The notes under the pieces were generated by a model, which was given only the letters and a program-made list of their open reading frames with translations, was not told the origin of the DNA and did no database searches. A stretch of DNA of 64,000 nt from Lingula anatina. Its lineage: Eukaryota > Animalia > Brachiopoda. The DNA lies in NCBI GenBank assembly GCA_051362555.1, contig CM120649.1:4526001-4590000 (forward strand), read 5' to 3'. A program made the position numbers and the translations under genes. Below are positions 50,543-63,732 of the stretch, in pieces (within the stretch, counting starts at the first letter, position 1; each line of letters begins with the position of its first letter).

Positions 50543-52489
50543 TGATTGGTTGATGTTAGATACAGTACTCTTTTATAGAACTTCTTTTCTGGAATAAAAA
50601 AAGATATTCAGAAAATAGTGGGGAAATTTCAACATCATCATACATGTATGACAATGTTTAAACTAAATTGGGCTTACTTTTTCGAAAACAACGCAAATTA
50701 TGACACAAGTCGCAAACAATGCGATACGGTGATGTACTATCTTTCTCGAAGGCATTGCAATTTGCGACCGAACGCTCATGGCAAAGTCGTCGCAGTTGCC
50801 TGTGCGTGCGCGTGATTCATCGTTTTTTTACATTGTCCCCGATGTAATTTAACATGGTAGCAAGTTTGGGTGCTGGTTAGCATAACATATTACTCAGAAT
50901 TGTGGCTAATAAAAGATGAAGTCATTCGGTAAACGTGACTGAAAAGATGAAACTGAAACTCTGCCATATGTTCACGAAGGGAACAATTAGGGTGAACAAT
51001 GACATTTGGCACAGTTTAGAAGTATGATTCAGCTAATCAAAAATTTAATTTCAAGAGGGGAACATTGGTGTATTTGTTTCAGAAATCGAAGGGAGGGGGT
51101 ACAGGCGGTAAATGAGACAACGAACACCTGATTGAACATTCTGAAACTACCGGAAAAAGCGAAAACTACGGTCTATCTGAAAGGGCTTTTAAACATGGCT
51201 TCATGTTTCAGAAATAAGGCTTCAAAATCTAGTAATTGCAAGGTTTTCGACTGTCCCGTGTTTAAGAAAATGGCCAAAGTTCTGCCTGTGACCATATCAA
51301 CAAGCTTTGTTGACTGTAAATAAAGCTGGTTTGGTGCTTTTGGACCAAGGTCTGCTAAATGGACATAAAGTAAGGACATCTTTCCCTTCACCTTGTCACA
51401 TTCATATGTTTCATACAGACATATGTTCTTTTAAGATGGTTAGAATACAACGCCACTGTCACAGTGTACCTTGTGGTAATCATGGCACATATGATAACCA
51501 ATCAATTCGTGATTGTGCTCATCTTTTAAGGTATTAAAATACCCGAATATTTTTTAAAACCAACTTTGCAAGTCATTTGCAGGTTGTGTAAATTTCTAAT
51601 GTTTTACGTTAAGCAGAAACGTATATACAGACGGTAATCCATTTGTTTCAGAGAACATACCTACAGGACCGAGGAGCGTCCATTAGCACGCCCGTAGAAT
51701 GGCAACGACTTTCAAATCAGTTTGATAGTCTATAGCGATAAATGCATGATGAAATCACTTGAAATAAAGTTTGATCTATATTTGATTATCTACGAAATAG
51801 TTTCAATAAATGAAAATGCCATTATTCTTCTCTTTAATTAAAAAGGCGGTTGTTCGAAGTTTGAACCAAGATTACCATCTCCGATATTAATCACTCTTTG
51901 GCCGTATATATGTTCATTGGATTCCTGGCCAAGCATGAACAACAAATTTGACAGGAAGCACTACCCTCCTCCTGAACCACCGAGAGATATTTCACTGTTT
52001 AGTTACCAAAAATCGATGTGTGCAGGGGATCACCATAAAGTTGCAAAATTGCGCCGATCAAAATATTTCAAAGTTAACATAAAACTTACCTCGATTTTCC
52101 TCGTTGAAGTCAGGTTAGGGAATGACACGTCTCCTCGCCTACTGGTTATTAACACACTGCCAGCACTGGTACATCAGTGTCTCTCGTGAAAAACGGGGCA
52201 CGCGACAAACCATCCATGCTTATTCAATATCGATGCCCCGTTTACTGTCACACGCCGTTTGCGGGTCTTTCATCGGCTTCTTTCGTTCAGCATGAAACGT
52301 GTGCTTTTATATTTGACCTAGAAAACTTACATATCGGGACTTCCATTAAAACACCCGTAGCTTGACAAATATAAGTTTTGAGGTAAAGTGGTAAAGGAAA
52401 CAAAGGCCAACTTTATGAATGTCAGTATGGATTTCAATGTTAGCCGGCGAATTGACCTACATGTAGTTATAACGAAAAGGAAATCTGAT

Positions 52490-52520
<31 letters not shown>

Positions 52521-52718
52521 ATGTGTTTGTGGTGTGTGTGCGCTACTTAAACTGTTGGATGGGGGCAAGTTAGTGACAGACAGCCAAAAACATTCAACCA
52601 GAGTTCATGAAGGTCTTTAACAACATTGTGATATTATATTTTTATTGCTCAGTTAAATCAAACCTATGATATTATTATTTCCGTGGCAGCGATCTAGCTA
52701 TCAGTTTTTTCCTTCCCT

Positions 52719-52750
<32 letters not shown>

Positions 52751-53056
52751 TGGTCGTGTGTGTGTGTGTTTGTGTGCGACACAGTGATGGGATAACAGCC
52801 AAAACAACCAAAACATTCACCCAAATAAAGCCTCTCGCACCAGCGAGCTATTTTATTTGCATCACCCAGTTAATTTCAGTGCTTCCTTGATACAGGACGT
52901 CGAATTAAAAAAATAATGGAAACCCGTATTTCGCTTTGGATGATATGGAATCACTTCCAGCACATGACTATATCAAAAGCTATGCTTGTAAATCAAGTCG
53001 CATTGTTTATTCTGGAAGCAAATTCGGACTTAATCAAAAGATAAGATTGAGGCCTA

Positions 53057-53314
53057 GGCTTCGTTCACATGGAATGTCTATTTTCTAAAAATCTATTTTC
53101 TATTCGCGCTATCTTATGATCACGGTCTGTGCCCTGAATATCCCGCGGCGTAATTACTGGCAGCGCGAGCCAGTTACTTATACTAACTTATAGTAACTGG
53201 CTCGCGCTGCCAGTAATTACGCCGCGGGATATTCAGGGCACAGACCGTGATCATAAGACATACCGCGAATAGAAAATAGAATTTAGAAAATAGACATTGC
53301 ATGTGAATGAAGCC
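53057..53314. mobile_element. 258-bp near-perfect hairpin MITE, Harbinger-like, 3-bp TSD CTA
   Basis: TIR ggcttcgttcacat / atgtgaatgaagcc, arms of about 120 bp with a perfectly complementary inner part, CTA at 53054-56 and 53315-17. Empty site in unit B near 42805. Confidence 0.88.
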
Positions 53315-53361
53315 CTAGTAAATAAAACTTTAATAATTCTATCTGTGGCATCGGCCCAGCT

Positions 53362-53407
<46 letters not shown>

Positions 53408-54092
53408 TGTGTGTGTGTGTGTGTGCGCGTGTGTGAGCGTATGTGCGTGTGCGTGTGTGTGTTTGTGTGCTTTACATGCCTAAACAGCTAGGTGAGTGCG
53501 AGGAATTGTTGGAATGATAGCCAAAAAATTAAACAAAAGTATGCTTCTCACACTAGTGAGATATTTTATTTGAATCATCGCTTGGTAATTTACCAAACTA
53601 ATTAACATTTTTGCTCTTTTATGGTATTGATATTTTATCATGATATACACATTTTTTAATTTATTCTACCATGAACTCAACATAATAAAATGCAGTTTTA
53701 AAAATTATTTAATTTCCATCGTATATCTGTGCTCATGTCTGAAAAGAGTATGAGATGTCGAATCAGATGGATCCACAGATGATACAAAAAAGAGACACCT
53801 CGGGTCGTTCATTGTGAGACTAATGTCCAAACAATTATGTATACAAAACAATTATCTGCACTTACTCAATACACAGGGTGCATTTATGTTGATGATTTAT
53901 TTGCCTGTATAGACACATCGCTTAATCTTATTTTCGGTGATATTTAAAACGTGAGTTGTTGTTCTTGCACAACACGTGATTCCCTAGTCCACTATTACTT
54001 CTAAAATGACATGGAAGCAACAAAATACCGGACAATTATTAATTATTCTTTTAAGACACAAATATTTTGCTGAGTAAACATCACTCTTATTC

Positions 54093-54403
54093 AGGCCTAC
54101 TCAACTACCAGACATCGAATGATCCTGAATTCACCGGTAGATCGGACCAAAATATCCGTTTTCAAGGTGTGTATCAGTGCGCGCTTCGAAGTATCAGACG
54201 CGACACCGCTCTTGCCTGGTACGCGATGTAATAGTGATGATTCTAAGCGGGGTTGGAAAGTAGTGAATCTCATCTCAAAGTTTGTTAAGTGGTATGATAC
54301 TGTGAAATGCGTACTGACGCACACCTTGAAAACGGGTAGTGTGGTCCGATCTACCAGTGAATTCGGGGTCATTCGGTGCCGTGTCTATTAATTGGGAAGG
54401 CCT
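54093..54403. mobile_element. Palindromic MITE (copy in unit C)
   Basis: Paralog of 43577-43874 with the same inverted arms. Confidence 0.7.
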
Positions 54404-54866
54404 GTTATTGCCACCCATGCACCATCGACTGGTTGAAAATATGTGGATTTGAATTGTAATCGAATACTTTTTTTCAAGTTAAAATGAATTATTCAATCAC
54501 ATTATTTACAATAAGATAATGAGAATGCATAATCGGGTTAATTACCATCGAGTGAAACGAACGCCTGGTGCGCTAGTGATTCCATTAAAATACATTTTAA
54601 GACGTAAGTAGCACTTATAATATGGGCAATAATGCTCTTTGCACAAGGGATATTGAAGGAATTGCTTGCGAATAACATTCGACGTTTTTTTCATAAAATT
54701 ATTACCGGTAACAGATATGTAGCCTACTTGGTTTTTCTTCCTCTCCTTCATTTTTTGATAATCATTTTTATTACTCAAAGTTCTTTAATGCCGTGAAGTT
54801 TGAAGTGGGAAAACTTTACATCTGGTTTTCATCTATCTCATATTCTCATATTAGGTCTCTTTATTT

Positions 54867-54909
<43 letters not shown>

Positions 54910-55140
54910 TTTTTGCACACCAAGCACTCAGGTAATCAAACTTTGACGTAACGGTGTCCTGAATTAAACACGAGCATGTATCAAAAATAGCAAGTGTTAA
55001 AAGAATACATACATATGATTGCATATCATGTATACCCAATTACGCGTGATGTCGTATTTCTAAACAGCAAACACCCTGTTATTTACGTTAGAAGCCCTGG
55101 ATGTGCATACATGTATAAGAACATGTAACGCTGTGAATGG

Positions 55141-56193
55141 CTTAACGTACGCCTCCATTATGTGTGAGATAATACACTGTCACCCGAGCTATATATGCCA
55201 TATATCACCTCGAGCATCAGCGAGAGGTGTTCATGGCATATATCGCGAGAGGGTGACAGTGTATTATTTGACATACATACCGAGGAAAAATACAGTCATT
55301 TTACCTTAAAACACCCCTAAAACCAAATAAAGTGACCCTATATCACGCTCTAGAGATGTGATACGGAATAAACTCGTCCACGTGCGCTAGTCATCTCCCG
55401 CCAAATGCTTACGTAATGTCTGACCAATTTGGTCAATTTTTGCTAAATACTTGTCGTGGACGTTCAACTGGCTTGAAAAGTATTTAATCAACCGTCGACA
55501 CTGACCATGCACGTCTCATCTGAGCCACACCTAGCTGGGACTGCTGCGGAAAAAAGGTCCCAAGGCAAAACCTCTACTTTTTAGTGACATTTCTGATAAA
55601 AAAGGAGCGTCGGACCGAAATATAGTCAAACTAATTCTTCACAAGTGCAAAGGAGAAAGAAATTTACTTTTTGGTGATATTTCTGACAACGAGTCAAAAT
55701 CGACGGATGTTTATTACAAGTTCACGGGAATAATAATTCTAGTTTTTTATTGTTATTTCTGACGACGGAATACGAGGCGGTTACGGAATATAGTCAAAAT
55801 CAAACGGATGTTTATTTCAAGGCACAAGAGTAATAATTCTACGTTTTGGTGACATTTTTTTACTACTAGGCGGTTTTGGAATATACATGTGCTGGTTACA
55901 AGTTCAAAGGGGGAATACATTTGAGTTTTACCGATATATCTGATAAAGAGGAAGAATGAACAGCTTGAAAAACAAAAAGTAAATAACACAACCCTCGTTA
56001 AAGAGTGAAAGATTTACAAATAATTTGTATACACGTGTGGCTTAAATGTAAACTCATTCCCGTTTTCAAACTTAACCCATATGATATGACTTAGTGTGAT
56101 AAAATGATAAATAATAATTGTTTAACGTGAAAAGTTTATGCTAATTTTTAAGAGTGTGAGATATTTTAAATTTGTCTACTGGTAGGTATATAA
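55141..56193. mobile_element. Unit-C-specific non-autonomous element with a subterminal hairpin (family uncertain, possibly Crypton-like)
   Basis: ataatacactgtcaccc...tatatgccat / atggcatata...gggtgacagtgtattat hairpin at 55169-55267 and degenerate internal repeats. Absent from unit B. The right boundary is approximate. Confidence 0.45.
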
Positions 56194-57128
56194 CGTAAGC
56201 AACGTCACTATTCTCTTGATGCCAAGAAGGTCACATGATCACTCTGCCTTTGGCTTTCAGCATTTAAGAGACCTCGACTGATTTAACCAAGATGTAGCCG
56301 TGAAATTCTAGACTACATTGAGGTTAAATCCGAGTTTCCCGAGAGACGCTACGCAGATATGTCGAGTGAAGGGAGACATTTTTGGGTAGCGGCTCGAGGT
56401 TGCCCTCGATCTTCACTGAAGCTTGACTAAATGGACAGACTTCAGTGATCATCTTATCGCAACGGTCATATAACATCCCTTTGTATGTATTTGCAAGTGG
56501 TGTATAAAGTAAAATTAAGTTAGTAATAACGAAACAGCTTATTGAATGCAAGATAACTTCCTCAAGAGTAAAGGAGTTGAAAATTGCCCAAACACTAGAC
56601 AAGGATGGAAATTATCAAAGTCATTTAAAATTAGAATTTACCTTAAAAGGAGATACTGAACGGTGAAAAGACAAGATAGAATGGGGTATTATTGTGATCA
56701 CGCATGTCGAGATTAAAGGAAAAACAGTTGCAATCCATCCTCGTAGCCATATAACAAAACAATTGTATATAAATTGTATATTTAAATTGTAAAATGTGTA
56801 CATTACATTAAGATATATACTAAAAAAACATAAGTTTGCAAATATCTAGATATGCCACTAATGGTCTTAAAACCAACTCCTTAAAGAAACGGCCTATCGA
56901 AATGTCCTACGCAAAAAAAGGTTTATAAATGAATCATCACCATTGGAATACCTAGATTTGTCTGTGAATTCAAGAGTTCAAAAGTTCAACGGAGAAGTAA
57001 GTCAAAATATATCCACAGCATGCGATACGTCAGTTGCCATAGACAGTGATCAGAAATAAACTACCAGATTTGCAACTTTACTCCTGTCTACAGATTTAGG
57101 TAACAGACTTGGCGATGGAAAGTCCCGG

Positions 57129-58383
57129 CTATGGTACCCGTATCAGCAAAGGATACGAGGCAAGAAAGTAGGCCGTACAGGTTTGGTACCTCATAACGCG
57201 TTGCACAGTGCGACCGATGTTCGGAATGTACACCCACGAGGCCATGGCCTTGATTACACTCCAGTCAACATTGTCACCAATAGCAACGATACATATGATA
57301 ATTCCTGAAATTGGGAGAAACAAGTGTTTATAGTATATACAGAAGGGAAAACGTGCAGAATAAAATCAATTAAAGTACATTAATTAATGACCACCCGGCT
57401 TCCCCGAATCTTTTAATGGGTTAATGTTAACTGACAGCATTCGTTTTAGCCAATAGACACTCTGTCTTTGGAGTAGCGGTAGTACGTACCTTTCTTCTTC
57501 AAAAGCGTGGCCAAGGGTCTTAGGTCATCCCCATAAGTATAGTACCCATCAGTCATTATCCAGACTAGGCGATTGCCAGAGATGTCACCAAGTTGAATAT
57601 AACAATGTACCAAGGCATTGTACAAGGTATATATTCGTCACCCACCAGTAAATGAAGTGAAACTGTTTCAATCTTTCCGCCTCGATTTTTAGGAACAATT
57701 AATATGGATTTTGTAGCTCACACTTAATTCCCTCCCCAAAATATGAAAAAGGTCATACTTAACGTTCGAACTAGATACGATGATCATTTTTTTCTATCTT
57801 AAGAACAAAAAATTGCAGAAACCACGACTGCCATCTTGGATTCTGTGCGTTTCTATGGTAACATACATCCAAGTAAACATTTGTCATTTCCACATCATGG
57901 CAATTTTGTCCAGCAGCCTTTGGTCTTACAAATGATTTATAAGTTAGGTCTGTGTATAAAAGGGCCACTAAATCCCTTAAATAAAGCCCTCTTTCGAGAT
58001 ATGTCCCTCACCCATGAACGCGCGTGTGTGTCTGTGCACTTGCGTGTATATGAGTGCGTGCATATTATAACCTACAACGATATTTGCACAATAGTGGGCC
58101 CTACCTTCTTTCGGCACATCATCAATAGCCGCATCATTGGCAGGGTAGTTTTCATGGTAACCCAGAGGGAAGATGAGCCTTGCCCTGGTAGAGAAACGTA
58201 CCGGAGCGATCCTGTTTTCCAGGGGCTATGCTATTCGGAGTAGGGGTGTTGTTGATAATTGCAAGGATATTCTGAAGCAAGATTTATTTGAAGGTAAATC
58301 AAATGTTTTGGTTTGTGTTGCACAAATGTGTGAAACAAAATTAAAAAAACACGTATATGCATGCAATGGTTGTTTTTGTACTT

Positions 58384-58423
<40 letters not shown>

Positions 58424-58765
58424 ACATGGTTATTAAAATCAGATTTGTTTTCTTATTTAATGTTAGTAACTGGATTATAAATATAAAGATACAGAATTAT
58501 GTGCTCTCAAATTCTCCAGCAAACTACAAGCTCAATTGTTTATTATAGCGGAGCCAGTTTATCCTACCTTGGTCGATGACTTAAAGCATGACCATTCAGA
58601 GCTGCTTATGCTGTCGCTGCTGTCCAAAGCAAACACCACATTACAGTAAGGAGGAGCACCGCCCATCAGAGCTTGAATGACTTGGTGAGGTATGAGAGCC
58701 TCGGAGCCCAGACCATTGAAGGCGATTCCAACAACAACCAGCAGAACCAGCGCGGCTAACTTCAT
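57129..58765 (-). pseudogene. Secreted single von Willebrand factor A domain protein, 4 coding exons, disabled
   Basis: Exon 58765-58568 has a signal peptide MKLAALVLLVVVGIAF and CNVVFALDSSDSI (MIDAS DxSxS). Exon about 58271-58105 has RIAPVRFSTRARLIFPLG...AAIDDVP but a frameshift near 58215-58226. Exon about 57645-57490 has LVWIMTDG, with acceptor AG>TG and an in-frame TGA. The last exon 57304-57129 has GIIICIVAIGDNVD. Confidence 0.82.
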
Positions 58766-60293
58766 CTTCAGCGACGACAAGAACTTGGTGAACGTGCAGA
58801 TGATAGAGGAGAAGCTACCTCGAATTTTTGACAGAGAGACAGACGTACAAACAAATACTTAAAAAGGAAAAAAGCAGCCTGCACTTACTCACACAGGTTG
58901 CATTCATTATATTTCATTTCCGTCTATGGACCAATAGGCTTACCTCACTCTGAATGTTATTTTCACACATTGCTTTTTTAGCGCAAACACGTGCTTCCAA
59001 GGCTTACTTTAACCTTGATAACGACATTGTAGCGGTGAATACAAGACAATTACTATGGATTTCTTTATAACTTGGGCATGTTGCTAAAGTAAACATTGCT
59101 TCTATTGACACCTGCTCTATAGATACACGGGAAGTAAAGAAAGGATGCTATTTGAATTGCAGTTGAATTCTTTACTTTTAAAGGTATTACAGACATATTA
59201 TTTACCATAACTTATTCAAATTACTAATCAGACTAATTAGAATTGCGTGATATGATACATACACGAATCCTGGTGCAATGTAAACTGGTTCAATTGAAAG
59301 ACATTTAAGACGTTCGTGGAAGAAAAATACGGGTAATGACGGTCTTTACACGAAGGTAATGGAAGGGGCAACTTGTAAACGTTAACACAAAATTTAAGAA
59401 GTATAAATATTTTGATGCATCTAGAAAGATCCACATAATAGTTGTTAAATAAAGTCCAAGCTTTCGGCCCCTGGGCCTTCTTCGGGGATTATGAACAAAA
59501 AGTAGAAAAACAAACTCCTAGGATACGTGACGTCAGTGATGTGTTGAAGACATGCGATGGCCCAAAAGCGTGCTATACGTAAACAACGTCAAAATTACGT
59601 AACAAAGAAAAAAATCAATACTCATTAAAAAAAAAAAAAAAAAACATTATCCCTATTGAGTCCATTATTCAAGGTGTTTAGTGTTCTTATAAATTTCTGT
59701 TCGGCGATCCGTCTTTGTCTAGTTTCCAGTGAGGAAAATGGATATTTTAGAATCGAAACAGAAACTTCCGGTGAAATATATGCCACCTGTTTTGAAAATT
59801 CTTCAGGAGATTCGAGACGCTGACATTGATCACAAGGTACTGGCTTCGAAACTAAATTAACCTTTAATTAAAAGCTAACTGTCTTTATCTTATTTTTAAA
59901 TTGTTAAAACAATTTTTTGTTTTAATTTTGCTTTCCGTTTGGTATTGACAAGAAGAAATACGCTGTTTTCCGGACCGAGCATTATATAAGTTTCCAACAC
60001 AATTGGGACAACAATTACGAGAGTTAAGGATCGGAGATAAGTGTGTTCTATTATGCCGCAGATATAAAGTTCGTAAGATTAAATTAACGAAGAAGCTTTT
60101 CGTTTTAATGAAATTCCCAAGAGTTTCCCAGGCTTGTAGCAACCCAGTTTTCAGCGGGTGGGGTGTCCACTTTGTTCCAAACATTGACATGGTAAAGCAA
60201 AACAGCTACAGTATACCAACACAGTCAGGTGTTTTGAACTAGTGGCTGTATACTTTACACAGTTTTGTAATAAGAAACGGATTTTTGGACTTT

Positions 60294-62718
60294 TCAGGGA
60301 AGGGCAAGAATGGGCCTCCTTGAATTTTCATTCCGATCAGGATCACCATCTGCATTGATAGATTTTAAAAAATGATTCTTTGCCATTGCCGGAAAGGGTC
60401 AATGGCCATGAGCCCAAAAATCACGAAAGGTGTTTTAAGGTCGTTGTGCAAAGGGTTTGCTCACAACTGCACTTGTACCACAATTTGGATATGATGGAAC
60501 CTGACTGAGTTTTTAGATTGTGACATTGGCCAAGGAGGCTGTCATGGAGATAATTAATTGACTAACGAAATACAATGCCCAGAGTATTTTATTTTCAGTT
60601 GGTATACTTAATTCAAATATAATTTGCAGTGAATGTCCAAATAAAAATGTGTTATATATTTGGAAATCACTGTGTATCCCCTTTTGCATTTTTTTTTAAT
60701 TTCCTTTTCTGGGTGTTTATTTCGTCGATTCTGAAAGAAAAGAAATATATACTATGAACACCTTGACCCCTTCATATTAGAGCACTTTTTGGTGAATTCA
60801 TTCATGTACAAACAATTTTTTTTGTCAGTGTTAATATTTTAATAAAATGATTTTAATAGAAATGATAAAATGAAATTGATCATAATTATGTTAGAAATAA
60901 TGACCTTTTAGAACTCCTCGGAACTTTCGACAACTTAAATACTTTCACATATTGTTGAATAACGCATAATAATAAGCATACATGAACAGACTTATATAAA
61001 CCTTGCATATGTTATGTACATATCTTAATGTAATGTACATTGTCATTTACCCATTTTTTTATTAGATTCCATTGATATAGGCATTATCTGACGTCAAATT
61101 GCTCAATTTATTATTTATATTTATATTATTTATTTTTTCAACCACCGATTTATATGACCCTTGGTACGGTCTTTAGCGTTGATTTCCGGTTGCTGCCTAG
61201 CTATCAGTGAGTGTAGTAAGGATCAAGACTCGCGTCAAAAACATCATTACCAAACATGTAATTGATTATTTTTCTTTACAGAATAATGCTGTTTGTCAGT
61301 TTCAGTAAGTAGCCAAACGTTTGGCCTGCCTTGCAATAGGGAGTTAAGACGAAAAAAAATTAATAAAAAAAAAGAAAAACGTTCAAGAATGTTCAATAAT
61401 CCAGTTGTTCTATCAGACTTACTCGTGCAGTGCAATCCGTCCCAACGGTAACCATCGTTTCAAAGACAACGTTGGTTAAATTCTATATCGCAGTTCTCAT
61501 TGTTCTCAGGCAATGGCTTAAATCGGAATGTGTCATAGCATGTGGCGTTTTCCCCACATTTTGCTGAAAAATAAAACGCATGCTGTCACTGGCTCGCAAC
61601 AGAACACTTCAAAATTTTGAACCAACTTATAACAGGCGATATCATATGACTTTTTCACCTAAACACTGGAATAAGTTATTTGTGTTATAGTGTATAAACA
61701 GAGATCTAGAGCCATGGGATCTGTTTTTATGAGTTCCACCTAATCACTTGGATTTGCTAGTTATATTATAGATAATCAGCAGGGATCTAGACCCATATGA
61801 CTTGATATCAGTGTATAGAAGTTACTCTTACATATCCATTGGTATCAATATTTGTATTGGTCAATTTGCTTTGTATTTTGTATTTGTATTTGTATTTTTT
61901 TGCATGTTTTACAACTTACAGCTGTCAGCTGTTATTAGTCAATACTGAGATACAGAATGTATGCATATTAGAAGGGTAAGGCTTACCTATTTTACACGAT
62001 CTTCCGAAATAACCCTCGAGACAAATGCACGACAATTGCAAATCCGTAGTATTAACTACACAGGTTCCACCATTCCTGCATATATAAAGCCAGCACTTAC
62101 CTGAAATGAGATATTGCAAGACTTATAAAATGGTACGCATGCTCTTTCAGTTGAAATGATTCAATTCTCATAATTTGAGCATTAATTAAGACAGGATAAG
62201 GTAAATCCCACTGAAATCTGTGAAATTCATTCTGCACATAATTTGCACCACACACTTAATTGCGTACGTATGCTCAGCCTTTTCATCTCTTCAGAATTAA
62301 AAGCATTGAAACTGGACGCTGTCAATTCTGCGTTAATAATGGACCACCCTGCGCGATCGACGAATCAAACAATGATGACATACTGTTCAATTCACAAAAA
62401 ATCTAAAAATAATAAATTAATTAATAAATAAATAAAGCAAAAAATCTTGGGAAGACACATTGTTAATGGATAAATTGTATTAAATGAAGCATATGCTATG
62501 ATATCAATTGTTGCAATAGTAAAATGCTTCCTAACATTTTGTTGAACTATTTCCTGTTATTCACAAAGGATGGTTGTAAGTGTTACAAGGGCAGCGCTTA
62601 CTCAATTCGCATCTTTCTCCGAAAAAGTCACTGGGACAACTGCACTGGAAGCCAGACGGATCATCAACTTTTTCTTCGCATGTCCCATTATTATAGCAAC
62701 TGTCAGGCTCGCATTCGT
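60294..62718 (-). pseudogene. Triple-EGF gene copy D: signal exon deleted, premature stop in EGF3
   Basis: EGF1 62718-62602, EGF2 62100-61987 (KCWLYICRNGGTCVVNTTDLQLSCICLEGYFGRSCKI), EGF3 61563-61423 with TGC>TGA at 61462-61460. Homology to the intron after the signal exon stops at about 63265, shortly before the signal-exon donor. Confidence 0.78.
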
Positions 62719-63732
62719 CTGAAGATAGATGTTGCAAGGCAATTTAAATGTTAGGTATGCTCTATCATCCTTCACTTACATGATGGGAACTTTTGCAATT
62801 CAAACAATTGAACAGGTAGATCATGCAAATCGTATCGTTTTTTACACTGCTAAGGCTTGTACGCCAAGTCTGAATGTTTTAAAAGTCCATCTACAGAGAG
62901 GTCTCCGTTGTGGTGCAGGAAGTCATGAGTTTGCTCCTCATGCACTGGTCATGCTAAAGAGCATTATAATAGTACCTGCTGCCTCCTTGTTTATTACTCA
63001 GCATATTGAGATTGAAGTAAGGAAAAGACCTGGTCATATGGTAGTGTTGGTTATTGTAAATGCTAACTAAGAAAGGCACATACAGGGGTTGGATTGCTTT
63101 CTCCGTGGGGAGATGGGAATGACTTAGAATTAAAAAGATATATAAAAACCAGGCATATAATTATTGCAAACAAGCAATGCAATTAAAAAGCAAGCAAAAT
63201 GCTGAGACGAAAAATGATACCGTATCTCAGACTTTCAAACATGCTATTGTACATGAACTTGGATGCATCAAAATATTTATTTGTTTGTAAACCTTTATTT
63301 GTAAACCTTGGATATGTTATGTACATATCTTAAAGTAATGTATATTGTCTTTTACCCATTTTTTTTTATTAGATTCTTTTGATATAGGCATTATCTGACG
63401 TCAAATTGCTCAATTTATAATTTATATTTATATTTTTTTTCAACCATCGATTCACGTGACCCTTGGTACGGTCTTTAGCGTTGATTTCCGGTTGCTGCCT
63501 AACTATCAATGAGTGAGGTAAGGATGGAGATTCGTTTCAAAAACAAAAAAGAACATGATCATTACCAAACGTATAATTAATTATTTTCCTTTACAGAATA
63601 ATACCGTTGGTCAGTTTCAGTAAGTAGCCAATCCTTTGGTCTGCCTTGCAATAGGGAGTTAAAACGAAACAAATTAATTTAAAAAAAAACGTTCAAAAAT
63701 ATTCAATAATCCAATTGTTCTATAAGACTTAC

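Larger units (their letters stand above)
34075..63265. repeat. Tandem segmental duplication, period about 12.8 kb (units start at 34075, 46867 and 59726; third unit truncated at about 63265)
   Basis: Anchor ccagtgaggaaaa(c/t)gga(a/t)attttagaat at all three starts, with collinear sequence apart from unit-specific insertions and deletions. A more diverged unit spans about 19290-31270 and another begins at about 63300. Confidence 0.95.

Noticed and set aside
34075-63265. Tandem units as a pure assembly artefact
   Set aside because: Five copies with distinct insertions, deletions and exon sequences exceed two haplotypes; mis-joining of some units cannot be excluded without reads.
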